Part shown: positions 24,226 to 37,500 of the stretch, one piece after another | Layout: every line of letters starts with the position of its first letter | Numbering within the stretch: the first letter of the stretch is position 1 | Assembly: GCF_006345805.1 (NCBI RefSeq) | Contig: NC_043015.1 | Location: 18,228,001-18,292,000 of the forward strand | Length of the DNA stretch: 64,000 nt | Origin: Octopus sinensis | Lineage: Eukaryota | Reading direction: 5' to 3' | Position numbers and translations under genes: made by a program | The notes under the pieces: model-generated | The model's database searches: none | Told to the model about the DNA's origin: nothing | Seen by the model: only the letters and a program-made list of their open reading frames with translations

Positions 24226-25506
24226 AATAAGAAGTGATAAAAATTCAGAAATTTAAACATAAAGTATGAACCTGAGCAAGTAGCGTCCACACGTTGATGG
24301 AATGACATCATCACTTTTTAAGTCTTTAATAGGCGAAAAGAAAGAAAAAAAACAGAAAAAAGGAAAGAAAAAGAGAGAAAGAAGAATATTTAATCAAACA
24401 GCTTTGTATAAATTTGATGATATTCTCCTGTCATCTTATTCATCCCTCCAGGGCATGATGTTAATAACCTGCAAACATATTTCTCCTCATACATTCTGAG
24501 AATATGCACTTTCAAGTCTTCTTCAAAATTGCAGCCACTTGAAATGAAATGTTCAGCAAGTTCTGTCAAATTGCTGTTATTGTGCCTGACGTTGAATCTG
24601 TGCCCATTAAACCTTTTGTTTAACTGTTCCGTTGGGCAACCAACATAAATTAAGTTGTGTTTTGCGCATTCTACAGCGTACACCAAATAGGAATCATTAC
24701 ATGTTTCACCTTCTGTATAAATCATAACATTTCTCTTATGATTTCTGATGGAATTCACTTCACTCATGTTGTTGCACAATGAACAGGACTTACCTCTCTT
24801 GCAGCTGTTCTTTAAGGTACAGCGTGTAGATACTCCAATGTTCGTTTTCTTGGAGTCAGATATAGAGAGGTCAATTACCGCAAGAGAGGTAAGCCCTGTT
24901 CATTGTGCAACAACATGAGTGAAGTGAATTCCATCAGAAATCATAAGAGAATGCTATGATTTATACAGAAGGTGGAACATGTAAAGATTCCCATTTGGTG
25001 TACGCTGCTGAATGCATAAAACACAACTTAATTTACGTTGGTTGCACAACGGAACAGTTAAACAAAAGGTTTAATGGGCACAGATTCAACGTCAGGCACA
25101 ATAACAGCAATTTGACAGAACTTGCTGAACATTTCATTTCAAGCGGCTGCAATTTTGAAGAAGACTTGAAAGTGCATATTCTCAGAAAATATTCTGAATC
25201 TATTTCGCTTTCACTTCTCAAAATGTATGAGGAGAAATATGTTTGCAGGTTATTAACATCACGCCCTGGAGGGATGAATAAGATGACAGAAGAATATCAT
25301 CAAATTCATACAAAGCTGTTTGATTAAATATTCTTCTTTCTCTCTTTTTCTTTCTTTTTTTCTGTCGTCTTCTTTTTTCTGATTTTTCTTTCTTTTCGCC
25401 TATTAAAGACTTAAAAACTGACAATGTCATTCCATCAACGTGTGGACACTACTTGCTCAGGTTCATACTTTACATTTAAATTTCTGAATTTTTATCACTT
25501 CCTATT

Positions 25507-25549
25507 TTGAACTTGACAAAGACAGACATACTGTTGAAATATCGTTCAA
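25507..25549 (+). ncRNA. Minimal type-I hammerhead, U3-A8 core variant, in the Penelope pLTR
   Basis: Stem I TTGAAC/GTTCAA; core TTGACAA; A; stem II GACAG(ACATA)CTGTT; GAAA-T; ATC triplet; stem III is the ATAT palindrome. Confidence 0.65.
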
Positions 25550-25589
25550 TAAAATAACTTACAAGCGAATAGCGCTCTTTGTCTTGACT

Positions 25590-25800
25590 AATAATAATAA
25601 TAATAATCCTTTTTACTAAAGGCACACGGCTTGAAATTTTGTGGGAGGGGACTAGTTGATTAAACTGACCCCAGTGTTTCACTGGTACTTAATTTATTGA
25701 CCTTGAAAGGATGAAAGGCAAAGTTGACCTTGGCAGAATTTGAACTCAGAACGTAAAGATAGACAAAATGCTGCTAAACATTTTGTCTGGTGTTCTAATG
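25590..25800 (-). mobile_element. tRNA-derived SINE (Nin-domain-like) with (TTA)n tail
   Basis: gtacttaatttattgaccttgaaaggatgaaaggcaaagttgacc...gaatttgaactcagaac; further copies listed below and at ~38390-38495, 45480-46050, 48050. Confidence 0.75.
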
Positions 25801-27358
25801 ATTCTAATAGAATATCATCCAGTTTTAAAAGTACATATTTTATTACAAACCCTTTCATTAGAATCATGAAACAAAATCTACCCGAGGTACAAAACTGATT
25901 TTATCAGAAAAAAATAGAAGTTTGCCTGTAGATTTTAAACTGTTTAAATGCATGTGTGGATGGGATAGGAAAGAGAATTAAGATTAAGCAATGTTAGTGG
26001 TTATTCCTTTCTTTTCCACATGTTATTCAAGTATGCGTCTTCACTAAGATAATATTGATATATTTAGAACTATGTTTAGTTCTGGGCTAGTCTTCAAAAC
26101 TTAATTTCACTGCAGAAGTTTTTCTACATTTTAAAATCATCCCCAGATATAAGATATTAGATAAAAATAAGGATTGTTTCATTGCTAAGGTCTGTCCCAT
26201 TCTTTGCTTGGTATCACATTTTATAGAAAAGAAAATAAAGGAACAACTACTCCTTGGCAGCTGAATCAAGTTTTAAGAAACAAGTACACAACTACGCAAT
26301 AGAGAGAGGGGGGAGAGGGAGAGAGAGAGATTGATAATATATCTAAATATGAAATATTGATAAAGCATGTAATTAATTTTAAAAGATAAAGTTATCTTGT
26401 ATCTTAATCTCTAAGAGTGGTCATGATTGGAATTGAGCAGGATTAAAATTTGATTCTAATAGTTCCTTATTACAGATGAACTTTCTCAAGAGAACCGTTC
26501 TGGGTGAGGAAAGCCAAGTTGGCATATTCATTCATTCCTATAGCTGTTTCTCTACAAAGAGATGGTAAAGAGATGATAATGAGGTGCTGAGTTTGTGGAT
26601 GTACACAACAGGAATCACACCAAATATAAGGTGTTAGATGGAATACATTCCAATGTGATAGTAGCTAAGATTTATGATTCACATCATTCCAAATAATACC
26701 AACATAACACTCACACTGCTCATTTCCAGTAGGTGGTATGGGGCTGAATGGCCTGTTATAACATTCCTATCATGCACAAATAAATTGAAAATTAAAAATA
26801 ATATGGGTAGGCTAGAAATGACAGTTGGTGAATAAGTTATGACAAGGAAAACTGAACAAAAAAATGAGAATATTCATCAACAACAATCAGCAGATACTTC
26901 TAACTCACTGATAAAGGAAACAGACCATTGAATCAATACTTACGTAGTTAAAGGGATGCCTATATCTGATGAGTTGATATGGTTCTAGAGAATAGTACTG
27001 TGGATTTAAGTTTTGACTAATATGACACCCAGAAACAATGTTTAATGTGGTCCACTGAACATGGAAGATTTTATTCCTACCATGGTGGCAGACAGATTGG
27101 TAGAGTTATAAGAAATTACTCAGTAAAGTAACATCACAAAATCACAAGTGTTAGGAGATCCAGGATGATGTAATATTTTGTAACAAAAAGACATAAGTTC
27201 TAACCACTAGTATATTTTCTCATTTCTAACCTTTACATCAAACATACAAGCTCTGATCAATCACTAGGGAAATGTTCTGATAGCCTCCATTGCAGAAGTC
27301 TCTTTTTCTACCATGCAATGATTTTTCTTAGGAGAATTTAGTGTACAAGAAAAGCATG

Positions 27359-27517
27359 CTACAGGTCTATCATTTTGGTTATATGTATCCTCAATAGTGA
27401 TCTCAGAAATGCCTGTTTATGGTAAATGGCATATTTGTCTACTTTAGCCTTGACAGACCCTGCAATAACTGATCTTAAGTCATTGATTGCCATTACAGCA
27501 TCCGTTGAGAATGGAAA
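27359..27517 (-). CDS. Putative exon ending in stop (FPFSTDAVMAINDLRSVIAGSVKAKVDKYAIYHKQAFLRSLLRIHITKMIDL*)
   Basis: CTAAC branch motif plus TTCAG| acceptor; only phase-0 frame is open; followed by ~1 kb unique UTR-like sequence; no family recognised. Confidence 0.35.
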   Translation of the reverse strand, partial: FPFSTDAVMAINDLRSVIAGSVKAKVDKYAIYHKQAFLRSLLRIHITKMIDL

Positions 27518-27667
27518 CTGAACATCAGTTAGACAGGAAGGAAAACAAATAGAAGTTATGAGCAAACAAATCCTTCATACTGCATAAGGATAGTTTATTA
27601 GTAGGCATGAGCTTTTGAGGGGTTAAGATGCAATTTATTTTGAGTAATTTGGTTTACCTAAAATGTG

Positions 27668-27813
27668 GATCATCATCATCATCATCATCGTTTAGCGTCC
27701 GTTTTCCATGCTAGCATGGGTTGGACGGTTCAACTGGGGTCTGTGAAGCCAGAAGGCTTCATCAGGCCCAGTCAGATCTGGCAGAGTTTCTACAGCTGGA
27801 TGCCTTTCCTAAT
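27668..27813 (-). mobile_element. RTE-X-type LINE 3' tail
   Basis: (CAT)n cgtttagcgtccgttttccatgctagcatgggttggacgg. Confidence 0.85.
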
Positions 27814-27881
27814 AGTTGAAAATTTATATTTATCATTATTTAGTGACATATTACATTTACAAGCAATTTCTAAGAATGTAA

Positions 27882-28052
27882 GTAAAATTTTGATATGTTT
27901 TTTGGTAGTACAATATATGGTGATGTCATCTTCCAATTTAAATTAACTTTCGCCTTGAGTTACTCTTCAATATATTAACATTGGGAGGTATGTATAGCAC
28001 TGTAGATGACATCACCATATATTGTACAACCAAAAAGCATATCAATATTTAC
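27882..28052. repeat. Inverted repeat, ~50-bp arms (27882-27931 / 28004-28052)
   Basis: tttggtagtacaatatatggtgatgtcatct vs agatgacatcaccatatattgtacaaccaaa. Confidence 0.85.
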
Positions 28053-30589
28053 AAAAGCTCCACTGATTTCACTGACATCTACTGGGAAGACTGGGGAGAA
28101 TAGTTTACAAGAGTATTTATAGCAGTAGTAGCATGTAACATCTTGTGATTTAATAATCATTCCTATTGTTATTACAATGCAATATATTATTACATTCAGT
28201 TACAGCAGCACATTCTTAACTGTTTGTTTATGCTCAACAGAAAACATAGTTTCTAACTTGCAACTGTAGAAAAGCCTGCTGCCTGTATCAAAACTAGCCA
28301 TCAACTTTTTCCTTTGCTAGAAAACATTCTTTTAAAATTTAGTCTATGAAAGCAATAGAAGCAAGAAACAGAATTACAAAATACATTGTAGTATTAAATT
28401 ATATTCTATTATTTCCCAAGTATAGTGAGAGAATTAGAAAATACATTGTAGTATTAATCTATATTCTATTCTTTAGTGAGAGAATATGACATGTTTTTCA
28501 GCCTTCTGGGGGCTGATAAACAAAATACAAGATATTTATTGAAGGTAATTAAATTGACTATATTTCTTGTCTCCAAATACTTAACCTTGTTCCTGTGTTA
28601 CAAATGGTTATTTAATTCAAGAGAAGGGGAAGTACTGGGCATGGCATTTGCAAGTCCAAATGGTCTGGTAAGGTTGGTGTAGATGATATTCAGTTTCAAC
28701 ACCAGTAGGTTCATGACTTCAGGGAAAATGTAGGCAGGGGGAAAGTTTGAGAACTCAGTTCTGAAGAAGAATGGGTGAATGTAGTTCTTGATGTGGGCAG
28801 TGATGTATAAAACAAATTAATACATGCTGCTTTTCCTTTTCATAATTTCTATATAAAAAAAAAAGATGAAGAGGAAAAGCAGTAAGTTGAGTGTTAATTT
28901 GAGTAGATTTTAAAAGCAGCCAGGAGAAATACATCCTTATAACAGTAGCAGTAAAATGTCGCAAAGTTGATTTTTTCTGATCAACTGGACCTTTTTATAG
29001 ATGCAATATAATAAAGCCTGTGTGTAACAGATGCATTGTTCTACCTTTTTTTAGCAATATTCTAGAGTGCATTACACTTGTGCTTCTGTGCTAAGCTTGT
29101 AACCGATCAATGTTGAAGAGCTTTCTAGAACTGGAGAGAAAGGTTAGCCTTTGGGATTTAGATTTTGAATGTTGTAACATGACGTCATCATAAGAGACCA
29201 CAGGGAATTGTAAGGCCTAGCATTTGTTGAGTGTTTTTCATGTGTAGGAGGGTGTAGCAGAATCATCTTTATGCATGTAGTGACTGATCTCGATACTTTT
29301 GTTCATGGAAATGGTGCAAGTTCAGTATGTGTCCAGAGTGCATATGGGACATGTGTCTAGATGATTATCAAATTGCAGATGCTACTACCATTTAATAATC
29401 ACATCTGCACAGGTGTGTGCGTATGTGTGTGCATGCGTGTATTTGCACACATGGTTAGATGCAACTGTGAGAAGGCTGTTAATGTACAGACAAGGGAAGA
29501 CAGCTGTAAGTTACCATATTGATAACTCAAACGCTTGTGTTTCTACAGGGACTTGAAGGTTTCACTTAACAATCTTGAGTTTCTACTATTATAGAGAACT
29601 TAAAAAGGCTAACTCAACATTCTTAAAAAGGTCTCTAGCTTTAATGATGCAACAATAAATAATCATATGAAAGACTGTGGAAGTATCCTCTGCAAGATTA
29701 AATTAATTGACTAAAATCTAATGACATTTCCTGAAATTTACTATTTCCAAAAAGACATAAGGAGTAATGAGACATACTGCCAAAAACAGAACACAGAAAA
29801 GATCACAGAGAAGCATGCCAGTGTGTACAGCATTATGGTATTGTGTTTGAGGAAATATAAACAAATGCAAAGGGTTCTAGAATCTACAATATTTTCAATA
29901 AGGAATTGTCAAATAGGTAGATGAAGATAATTCTAATGACCAGAATTCAGTTTAGTAAGAATTATCTCTTTTAAAATTTGGATCGTAACAAAGATAATGC
30001 CAAACCAAACAGAAAGGTGTGTTCTTCCAATATTAGTGTATGTATCAACTCTATTAAAAACTAAGAAGACCATACAAAGATAGGGAAATTTAAAAGACAA
30101 ACATCAAAAAGTAAACTTCTGAAAATAAGGCCATATTTGAGATTATGTCTGATATTTACCTTCAGGCAGTTGAAAGAAAATTAATTTCCTGATTTTTTTT
30201 TTTTTGTTTTTACTTTCATTTCAATTGGTATTGGTTTGAATGGCAATTCTAAAATAAAACAATAAAGTTGAAACTACGACAAGAAATGTCGTAATTCTTG
30301 ACTGTGGAAACCCTGCAACCAATAGAGATAGTTATGTTACTGTCTTAAGTATTCTATGATACAAGAATAGAGATATTTGCATTACTGTCTTAATAATTCT
30401 GTGATTTAGTAAGGAATGTAGTGATTTGGAAGACCAATGGGAATAATTTACACAATCCACAAGTAAAGATTTATCCAATAAATAAATTATTCTTAATACA
30501 TTATATTTCTTGGTATGAAGATGATACCTTTAAAGAACTCACTCTAGTAATTACTATGTAGTAATTACAAAAACTTTAGTCAACAACCA

Positions 30590-31793
30590 CTTTTAAATTA
30601 ACAATAATTCTTTCTACAATAGGCACAAGGCTTGAAATTTTTGTGGGAGGGTGGGTAAGTCGATGACATCAACCTCAGTGCTCAACTGTTACTTATTTCA
30701 TCAACCTTAAAAGGATGAAAGGCAAAGTTGACCCTGACAGAATTTGAATTCAGAATCTAAGTATAGATGAAAAGCTGCTAAGCATTTTGCAGGGGTGATG
30801 ATGATTCAGCCAGCTTACTGCCTTAATGATGATGATGTTAACATGGACATGTTTTGTCTTGATGTAAAAGATAGGCTATAGCAAATATTGTCAGTTGCTT
30901 GGTAAATAACCAGTTGAGCATGTCCCTTAGTGGCTGACGATAGGTGCATCTCTGATCATGAGCAGGAATAGCAAGGGAGCATCAGTCATGTGCTAAGAAA
31001 GATTCTATGAAGGGTTTGAATTATTCACCCCTGGAAATATAGGTGTTTCATTCATCATCATTAAACTACCCTTATTCAGGGACTCTTTGAGTGGGATGGG
31101 CTACTTGATCTGAAGAAAATTCTAATTGGGCCCCATCTGCAAGGGCATGTGCTATTTACCTTGATATGGGGTCATCATGTTGTGCACATATGATTGTGAT
31201 GCATGCACCTGGGGTACCATTATCAGACAAGTAGTCATGATGGATATATTGGCCTTCAAATATTTGTACTCCAACAGCACTTTGACAGTATGTACTGCTC
31301 TCACTCAATAATAATAATAATAATAATTATAATAATGATGATGATAATAATCCCTTCTGCAGAAGGCACAAAGCCTGAAGTTTGGTGTGGGGAGGAGACT
31401 AATAGATTACATCAATCCCAGTGTTTCACTGGTACTTAATTTACTGACCCTGAAAGGATGAAAGGCAAAGTCGACCATGGTAGAATTTGAACTCAGAATG
31501 TAGTAATGGGCGAAATACCACTAAGCATTTTGTCCTGCGAGCTAATGATTCTGCCAGCTTACCACCTTAATAACAATAATAATAATAATAATCCTTTCTG
31601 TTATAGGCACAACACCTGAATTTTGGGGGAAGAGACTAGTCGATTACATCTACCCCACAATGTTTCACTGGTACTTAATTTATCGACACTGAAATGCAAA
31701 GTCGACCTCGGTGGAATTTGAACCCAAAACATAAAGATGAAATACCACTAAGTATTTTGCCCAGCATGCTAATGATTCTGCCAGTTTGACGCC

Positions 31794-31800
<7 letters not shown>
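30590..31800 (-). mobile_element. Cluster: three Nin-like SINE copies (~30590-30825, 31330-31570, 31580-31800) plus RTE-type tail (~30825-31260)
   Basis: Repeated gaaaggatgaaaggcaaagt(c/t)gacc...gaatttgaactcag motifs with (TAA)n tails. Confidence 0.75.
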
Positions 31801-31842
<42 letters not shown>

Positions 31843-31999
31843 TAATAATAATAATGATAATAATAAATGTTTTCTATATTAGCCACTGAGGGTTCACATT
31901 AACTCTTTATGGTTGGGTGTGGCATACTGCCACAATATGCTTTCTTCCACAGAAGACAGGTCTAGCTTATTGACAAACTGCTAAGTTATGAAGAAGATG

Positions 32000-32670
32000 G
32001 GTGCATATAAGCCATATCTGCATTATGTTGAAACTTGTGGAACTCTCAGGAAAAACAGGAAAAATGTGCAAAGTTTTCCAAATTGAAGAAGCCAGGTAAC
32101 ATTGAGAGAAGAAAATGTGGAAACCTTCATACATTATGTTGGCATAAGTATGATATGATAATGATCACAACTTTCCACAAAGGAGATGTAGTGAACAGTT
32201 CTAAAGTAAATTATAAAACCAAGGAAGTTCTGAAGAAGCCTGACTATATTATTGACTATTACAACCAACATGCACCTAGTTAGTAAGCCAAACATGCAGC
32301 TGGCGATGCTTGAGTTTGCTAGGAAAAATGTAAAATGGTACAAAAATATTTTTCACATTATGGATGTTGTCATGCTGAATTCTTATAATAAGTGCCTTGT
32401 GAAAGCTGGCAACCATATGATGTCCAAAGATTTCCATTGAGAAATAATATGCCAGTTGCTTGCCAAATATAGCAAACTGAAATGGCAAGAAGGACAGTGC
32501 CCCTCATGGAAAGACACTGTCTTGATCATGATCTAAGTAAAGGAACAAGTAAAAAAGGCCAAAAAAAGGTGCTCATCCATGAAAGCAAGCTATGTGACAA
32601 CTTGGTGTCCTGAGTGCTAAATGGGTCTCTGTTTAGGCTTTTATGAATTCCATACAAGCAAGAATTATTG
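32000..32670 (+). mobile_element. piggyBac-like transposase C-terminal fragment, degraded
   Basis: LCWHKYDMIMITTFH...KKPDYIIDYYN; RKNVKWYKNIFHIMDVVMLNSY; terminal Cys-rich TTWCPEC*MGLCLGFYEFH. Confidence 0.75.
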
Positions 32671-32879
32671 AAATTTTAATTTTAAAATCTTGCATTTTTT
32701 TCTTGCACAAAGGGACTGAAAACGTTGGGGACAGTACAAACAATACAATGCAAATAAAATGGGATTAAAAACATGTAAACAAAAGAATAACAATAAATAA
32801 AATCCCAGCAATTAAAATCCCCAAAAGAGGGAGACTTTCTAGGGATGCTTGTGGAAACCTCACAAAAACCATGAGTGCC

Positions 32880-35800
32880 CTGACCTTCAGGGCAAATGAC
32901 CTCTCCTCTTCATCTACCCTTGATCAAGAAGCACATTTTTAACAAAATTGCTGGGAAACAGCACTTTCTCTCTACCCTCAGTTTCCTTTTCAAGTGAAAT
33001 TTGAAAAAGTTGATGAGGATTTGGCCAAAGAGGAAAGTGTCTGTCTTTAGCCCTTTCAACCTGTTCCACAACGCACTCTTTCACTAAGTCCACCAACAAA
33101 GAAACACTGTCTGCCCTTCCCAGTCAAAGGAAGGTGGTGGAGCGATCTTCAAGATGGACCCAGCCAATAGCTGGGTCCTTCCTACACATGACAGCAGGTA
33201 TTTGATATAAACCCACAAGTCAGTAATACTAAGCACTGAATGGAAGTGTACAGAACAGTTTCATTGCTCTGTTTTGTGCATCTTGGGCAAGCCCAGGTGA
33301 TGGCACTTTATACCTGTAGAGTTTATCCTGAAATGGCAATGCCCCTTGCTAGCACTGCCAGGCCAAGAATTTCTCAAAGTTATCCATAGGCCCTGGTATA
33401 TAAATCTTTCAGAACTGACTACCCAGTTGATTCTTGTCAATGCCCAAAGTTTCCCTGAGAATGTCATTGCACTTAGCTGCCACTAACTCTCTATAGAACA
33501 CCAGAGTGGCACGTCCAGCAAATGCATGACAGAGGATTGTGAGCACCTGATGACACTAGATATCAGGTGCCCTACTTTAGTCCATTCTCAGTCTAGGATT
33601 GCAGCTCAATCAAAGAGACAAATTGTGGAAAATTCTGTCTGACAAATGGCAATCACACCTGCTCACCATCAAGGAAGCAGTGGTAATATATGACAGAGGT
33701 AGTGTAAACATTTGTCACTTCTACCTAACCTTTCAGGGATAGCTTTCTCTCAGCCCATTTCTGGGTGAGATTGATCATCCTGCTTGGCACCTTGTCCCAG
33801 TTCTTCTTGACCTGGAGGCCAGATGAAATTAAACACCTCTGTCCAGTCTCACACAACATTATTGGACAGTATGGTCTTCCCAGGCGTCGAGTTGCAGGTC
33901 TACTGACTTTTCTTGGCTAAAACACCCTTGACAAACCAAACACCTGATGCTGAATGGTTCTAATAGGCAGCCATTCATCTGAACTACCAATTCAGCCACA
34001 GAAAATGGGACCTAAACCAATCACCAAATATTGGTGGTCAACCCTATCAAAGGATTATGATTGATCCAAATTAATCAGGGCTTTACTCATGCCAGTTTCT
34101 TTACCCACTTTGTCTATGATGTATCATATGAGGTGGAGGCTGTTGTGGATGGATCTGTTTGGGATTGTGCATGTTTGTACATCACCAATCAGTTTCTTGA
34201 CAACAAGCAGCATTATGGGCCTAAAATTTTCTAATTTCATCCCCCTTTTTTTGAATCCTTGCTCAGCAGTGCCACTGCTCCTTGACTCAAAGAATTAGAA
34301 ATTCTCCTGTGCTGCTGTTAGTTGCATTTGCTAACTGCTAAGAGGCTGACTATCCATTGCTCATAAGGCAGGCCATCCACTGAAGTCCAACCTACATTCT
34401 GGACTGCCATATGTCCTAAACAGTTGGGTGAAGTGCTGTTGAAATTCCACACATATCTTCTTGGGCTTGAGTACTGTGTGCCCGTTTTGGCCCACCAAAA
34501 GCTGAATTGTAGCTTTGTGGCCATATTGTGCTTCTGACTTTAGAGCCCATTCTGCAGCTTATATCCTTGTTGTCTTAGAACAAGCACCTTAGCTCTGACA
34601 ATGCAACCTTCATATTTAGCATTGAACAATTCGCCAAGGGCCAATTTCACTACCATAACATTGGTTGCAATACCTTTCCTAAACACCTCTTCTAAGTTTC
34701 ATACCCCTTCTATTTTATTTCTTCCTATCACTAATGTCTTACTATACCTAACTGATTCTACTCTAATTGCCCTTTTCAGGGCAAACCACCATTTGTTGTT
34801 GACAATTTCCCCTGTAAACACCTGTTTAACTAATACACTAGTATAGTCTTTGTAAGTTTGGTACACTGGGAGTGACAGGTCCAGCTTCCAGTAATTTGTG
34901 GTCTGTGATAGTCCTTATCTTAAGATACAAACCTTTCCATAATAACACTGCAGTTCAACTCCAACATTCCTGATTGACATGGAAATAAATAGATCTCATA
35001 TCCACCAAAAATGGGCATGACTGCTCATCAGTCAGAAAGTCTGGTTTCACTGATAGCCTCTACATCGACAATAAGTAGCTTGAGGTCATTGACAAGATGG
35101 CTTTGTTTCCAAGGTGACTGCAGGCCACATGCATTGATACTGCTTATTCTGAGGAAGGCCATGTTAGATTAAGGAATAGATGGGGAAAAGGTTACTTACA
35201 GTGATTTTGTTGGGGAGATGGGAATAGATGTTGTCTCCATGGCTATATGTGCATGTCTCAACAAGTAGTTCTTTATACAATTTTTAGTTGATATTTTTTC
35301 TGAAAGCCCCTATTTCATCAGGGTATTTAGTTTTTATGGTACTGTAAGTGTTTTTTGATGTTAGGATAAATTCTATGTGTTGAAATGTTGTTTGTTGGAG
35401 TGATAAAATCAATGTGTGCAATGTCTATATGGCTGTATATGTGTTCCATCAGTTCTTTATTGCTCATGTTTATTGCTTTGTAGTTTATGATGTTTAAATT
35501 TTGCTGGTGCTGGGATGTGTCATCTGAGAGTTGTGTATGTGAACTGTGTTGTGCTTGTAATAGTGGTGTAATTGTAGTGAAGGGGATTATGTTGTTGATG
35601 GTACTGGTGTGGCTGCTGTTGGAAGTGGTATTTGTGTGTTTTTCTCAAATGTGTCTCCCTCTTTTGCTCATACTTGCCAGTTGTGTTGGGGTGTTTTTTT
35701 CTTCTTTTGTTAAACCTGCTGACATTTTGCCATTTAGGCTCTTCATTGACCTCCTCACCACAGGATATGTCCAACTGGTCTGAACAAGGGAGATTCTGAT

Positions 35801-36730
35801 GCTGTTGTTTTTGCTGCTGTCTGCAAGCGGAAGCCATAGATGTTGGTTTGTTGCTTCCACTGCTGTTCTTGTTGTTGCTACTACTGTAGGTGCTGATGTA
35901 CTTGCTGTTGCTATTACTGTTGTTTGCAACAGTAGTGGTCATATGCCTCTGCTGATGTTGTGGTGGTGGTGTCAGCAAAAGTGGGGGTTTCTCTTCTCTC
36001 TTTTATTGTGAGCAAAAAACCTGCAGCTGATTTGTATCTCCTTACAGGTGACACCTCAGCTTTCAGCCCTCAACAGCCACATGGAGGTTGGTGCCATTTG
36101 GCAAATTTATGAGGTCTGAGGGTGCTTCTAGACACTGCTATACATCTGCACCCACAACTCCATGCCTTGTCCCAATCAAATTTCGCTTTTGTAGCTTCTG
36201 CACCTGCAGGATATTTGTTTTGTCCTCTATATCCAGGAGGACAGCTGCCACCAACCAGTAGATGTCTATTTCTGGTGGTGGTATGTCTTGGTTCTTATTT
36301 TTGCCACTCATCAACCCAGGTATATGGGTACCAGAAACAGGTCTTCATTTTTTAAGCTCAGAGTGGAATGTTTCCTTAATTCCTCTTCTGTGACAAATTT
36401 CACTTCCATAATACCAGGTCACTTCTCTCTCTCTTGCAATGTAAGTTTTTGTGTCCTACACTGGACACTTTCTAAGCCCACCAACTTGTCAGCATTGACC
36501 CATGTCTCCAGGTGCCAAGTCGCAAGCCCACCAACTTGTCAGCATTGATTTTGGCCCCTGCAATTCACTCATTTTCCTTTAGATTGGAGTTGACCATCTC
36601 CACTTTGGAGACATCTGACACCATGATGGTGACATCATATGCATATGCTGACACAACCCTCCTATGTCTCAGTTTGAAGGGGATGCCCCTCAACTGTCCC
36701 ACTTTCACAGCAGTGTCTTGAAAGCCAGCA
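32880..36730 (-). mobile_element. Tx1/L1-clade LINE relic (ORF1, low-complexity linker, APE, RT, 3' end)
   Basis: APE start LRISSINACGL...VEAISETR (~35160); RT ALINLDQ..FDRVDHQY (~34050); ORF1-like WLVAAVLLDIED (~36250); many stops and frameshifts. Confidence 0.7.
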
Positions 36731-36739
36731 TGTACAGAG

Positions 36740-37500
36740 GAGGTGACAGTGGACCAAGCATGCAGTGCAAAATAATTCTGATAGGTGGCCCTTTACTTTG
36801 GTCACTGAGAAGGTGCCATTGTGCATTCTTGTGATTCAGCCTCTGAAAATGGGTCTGAAACTAGCTGCTTTCAGGATGGCTTCTAAGTAGTGATGGTCAA
36901 CCTTATCAAATGCTTTTGATTGATCCAAATTGATCAGGGCCTGACCAAATCCACCTTTAGTTCCAGCCTTCTCTATGGTATGTCACATAAGGTGGAGGTT
37001 GTCATGGATAGACCTATTTGGGATTACACACATTTGTGCTTCTCCAGCCATACTACTGATCTGATGGCAAGTACCAACCTTTTTGTTAACACTGTGACCA
37101 AAATTTTAAATTCTGTGTATAACAGAGTTATGGGCCAAAAATTTCTTAGACTATCCCTATTGTTGGTGTCCTTTCTCAGTAGTGTTACCACACCCAAGCT
37201 AACAGGACTAGGAATTCTCCTGTTTTGCAACCAGTTGCTAAAAGGCAGTCAAACAAATCTGGCATGAACACTTAGAATTTATAAGGCAGACCATCCAAAC
37301 AGGGTGATTTGCAACTTGTGCAATCACTCATCACCTCCCATATTTCAGTGGCCATTATTGACTTTTTTCAGAACCCCATGTCTGCTGCTGAGAGCCATAA
37401 CAAGCTGTCCTGTTACAAACTAAAGTCTGCTATTGCTGTTGACCCATTGGTCTCTACAAACAGCCATGCAAAGTGCTGCTGGAAAGCTGCATACATCTGC
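36740..37500 (-). mobile_element. Second Tx1/L1-clade RT fragment
   Basis: GVVTLLRKDTN...NFWPITLLYTEFKILVTVLTKRL; IPNRSIHDNLHLM; ALINLDQSKAFDKVDHHYL. Confidence 0.8.

Larger units (their letters stand above)
24143..25589. mobile_element. Penelope-like element 3' end in inverted duplication (arms 24143-24802 / 24880-25589)
   Basis: Both arms encode a GIY-YIG endonuclease (LVYAAECIKHNLIYVGCTTEQLNKRFNGHRF...LAEHF); minus frame continues through the spacer with a Cys knuckle (CKRGKSCSLC); followed by pLTR. Confidence 0.9.

Noticed and set aside
25408-25460. Second hammerhead in the Penelope pLTR (ctgacaatgtc...ggacactac)
   Set aside because: Lacks GAAA in both arms (GCTAC/ACTAC); not supportable.
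29040-29145. Exon after the strong-looking CTAAC-ctttctctccag acceptor
   Set aside because: All three frames hit stops quickly and there is no good donor.
35487-36011. Q/N/S/T-rich ORF (35520-35978) as a host polyQ exon
   Set aside because: It lies between ORF1-like and APE remnants of the Tx1/L1 relic and has no convincing splice sites.
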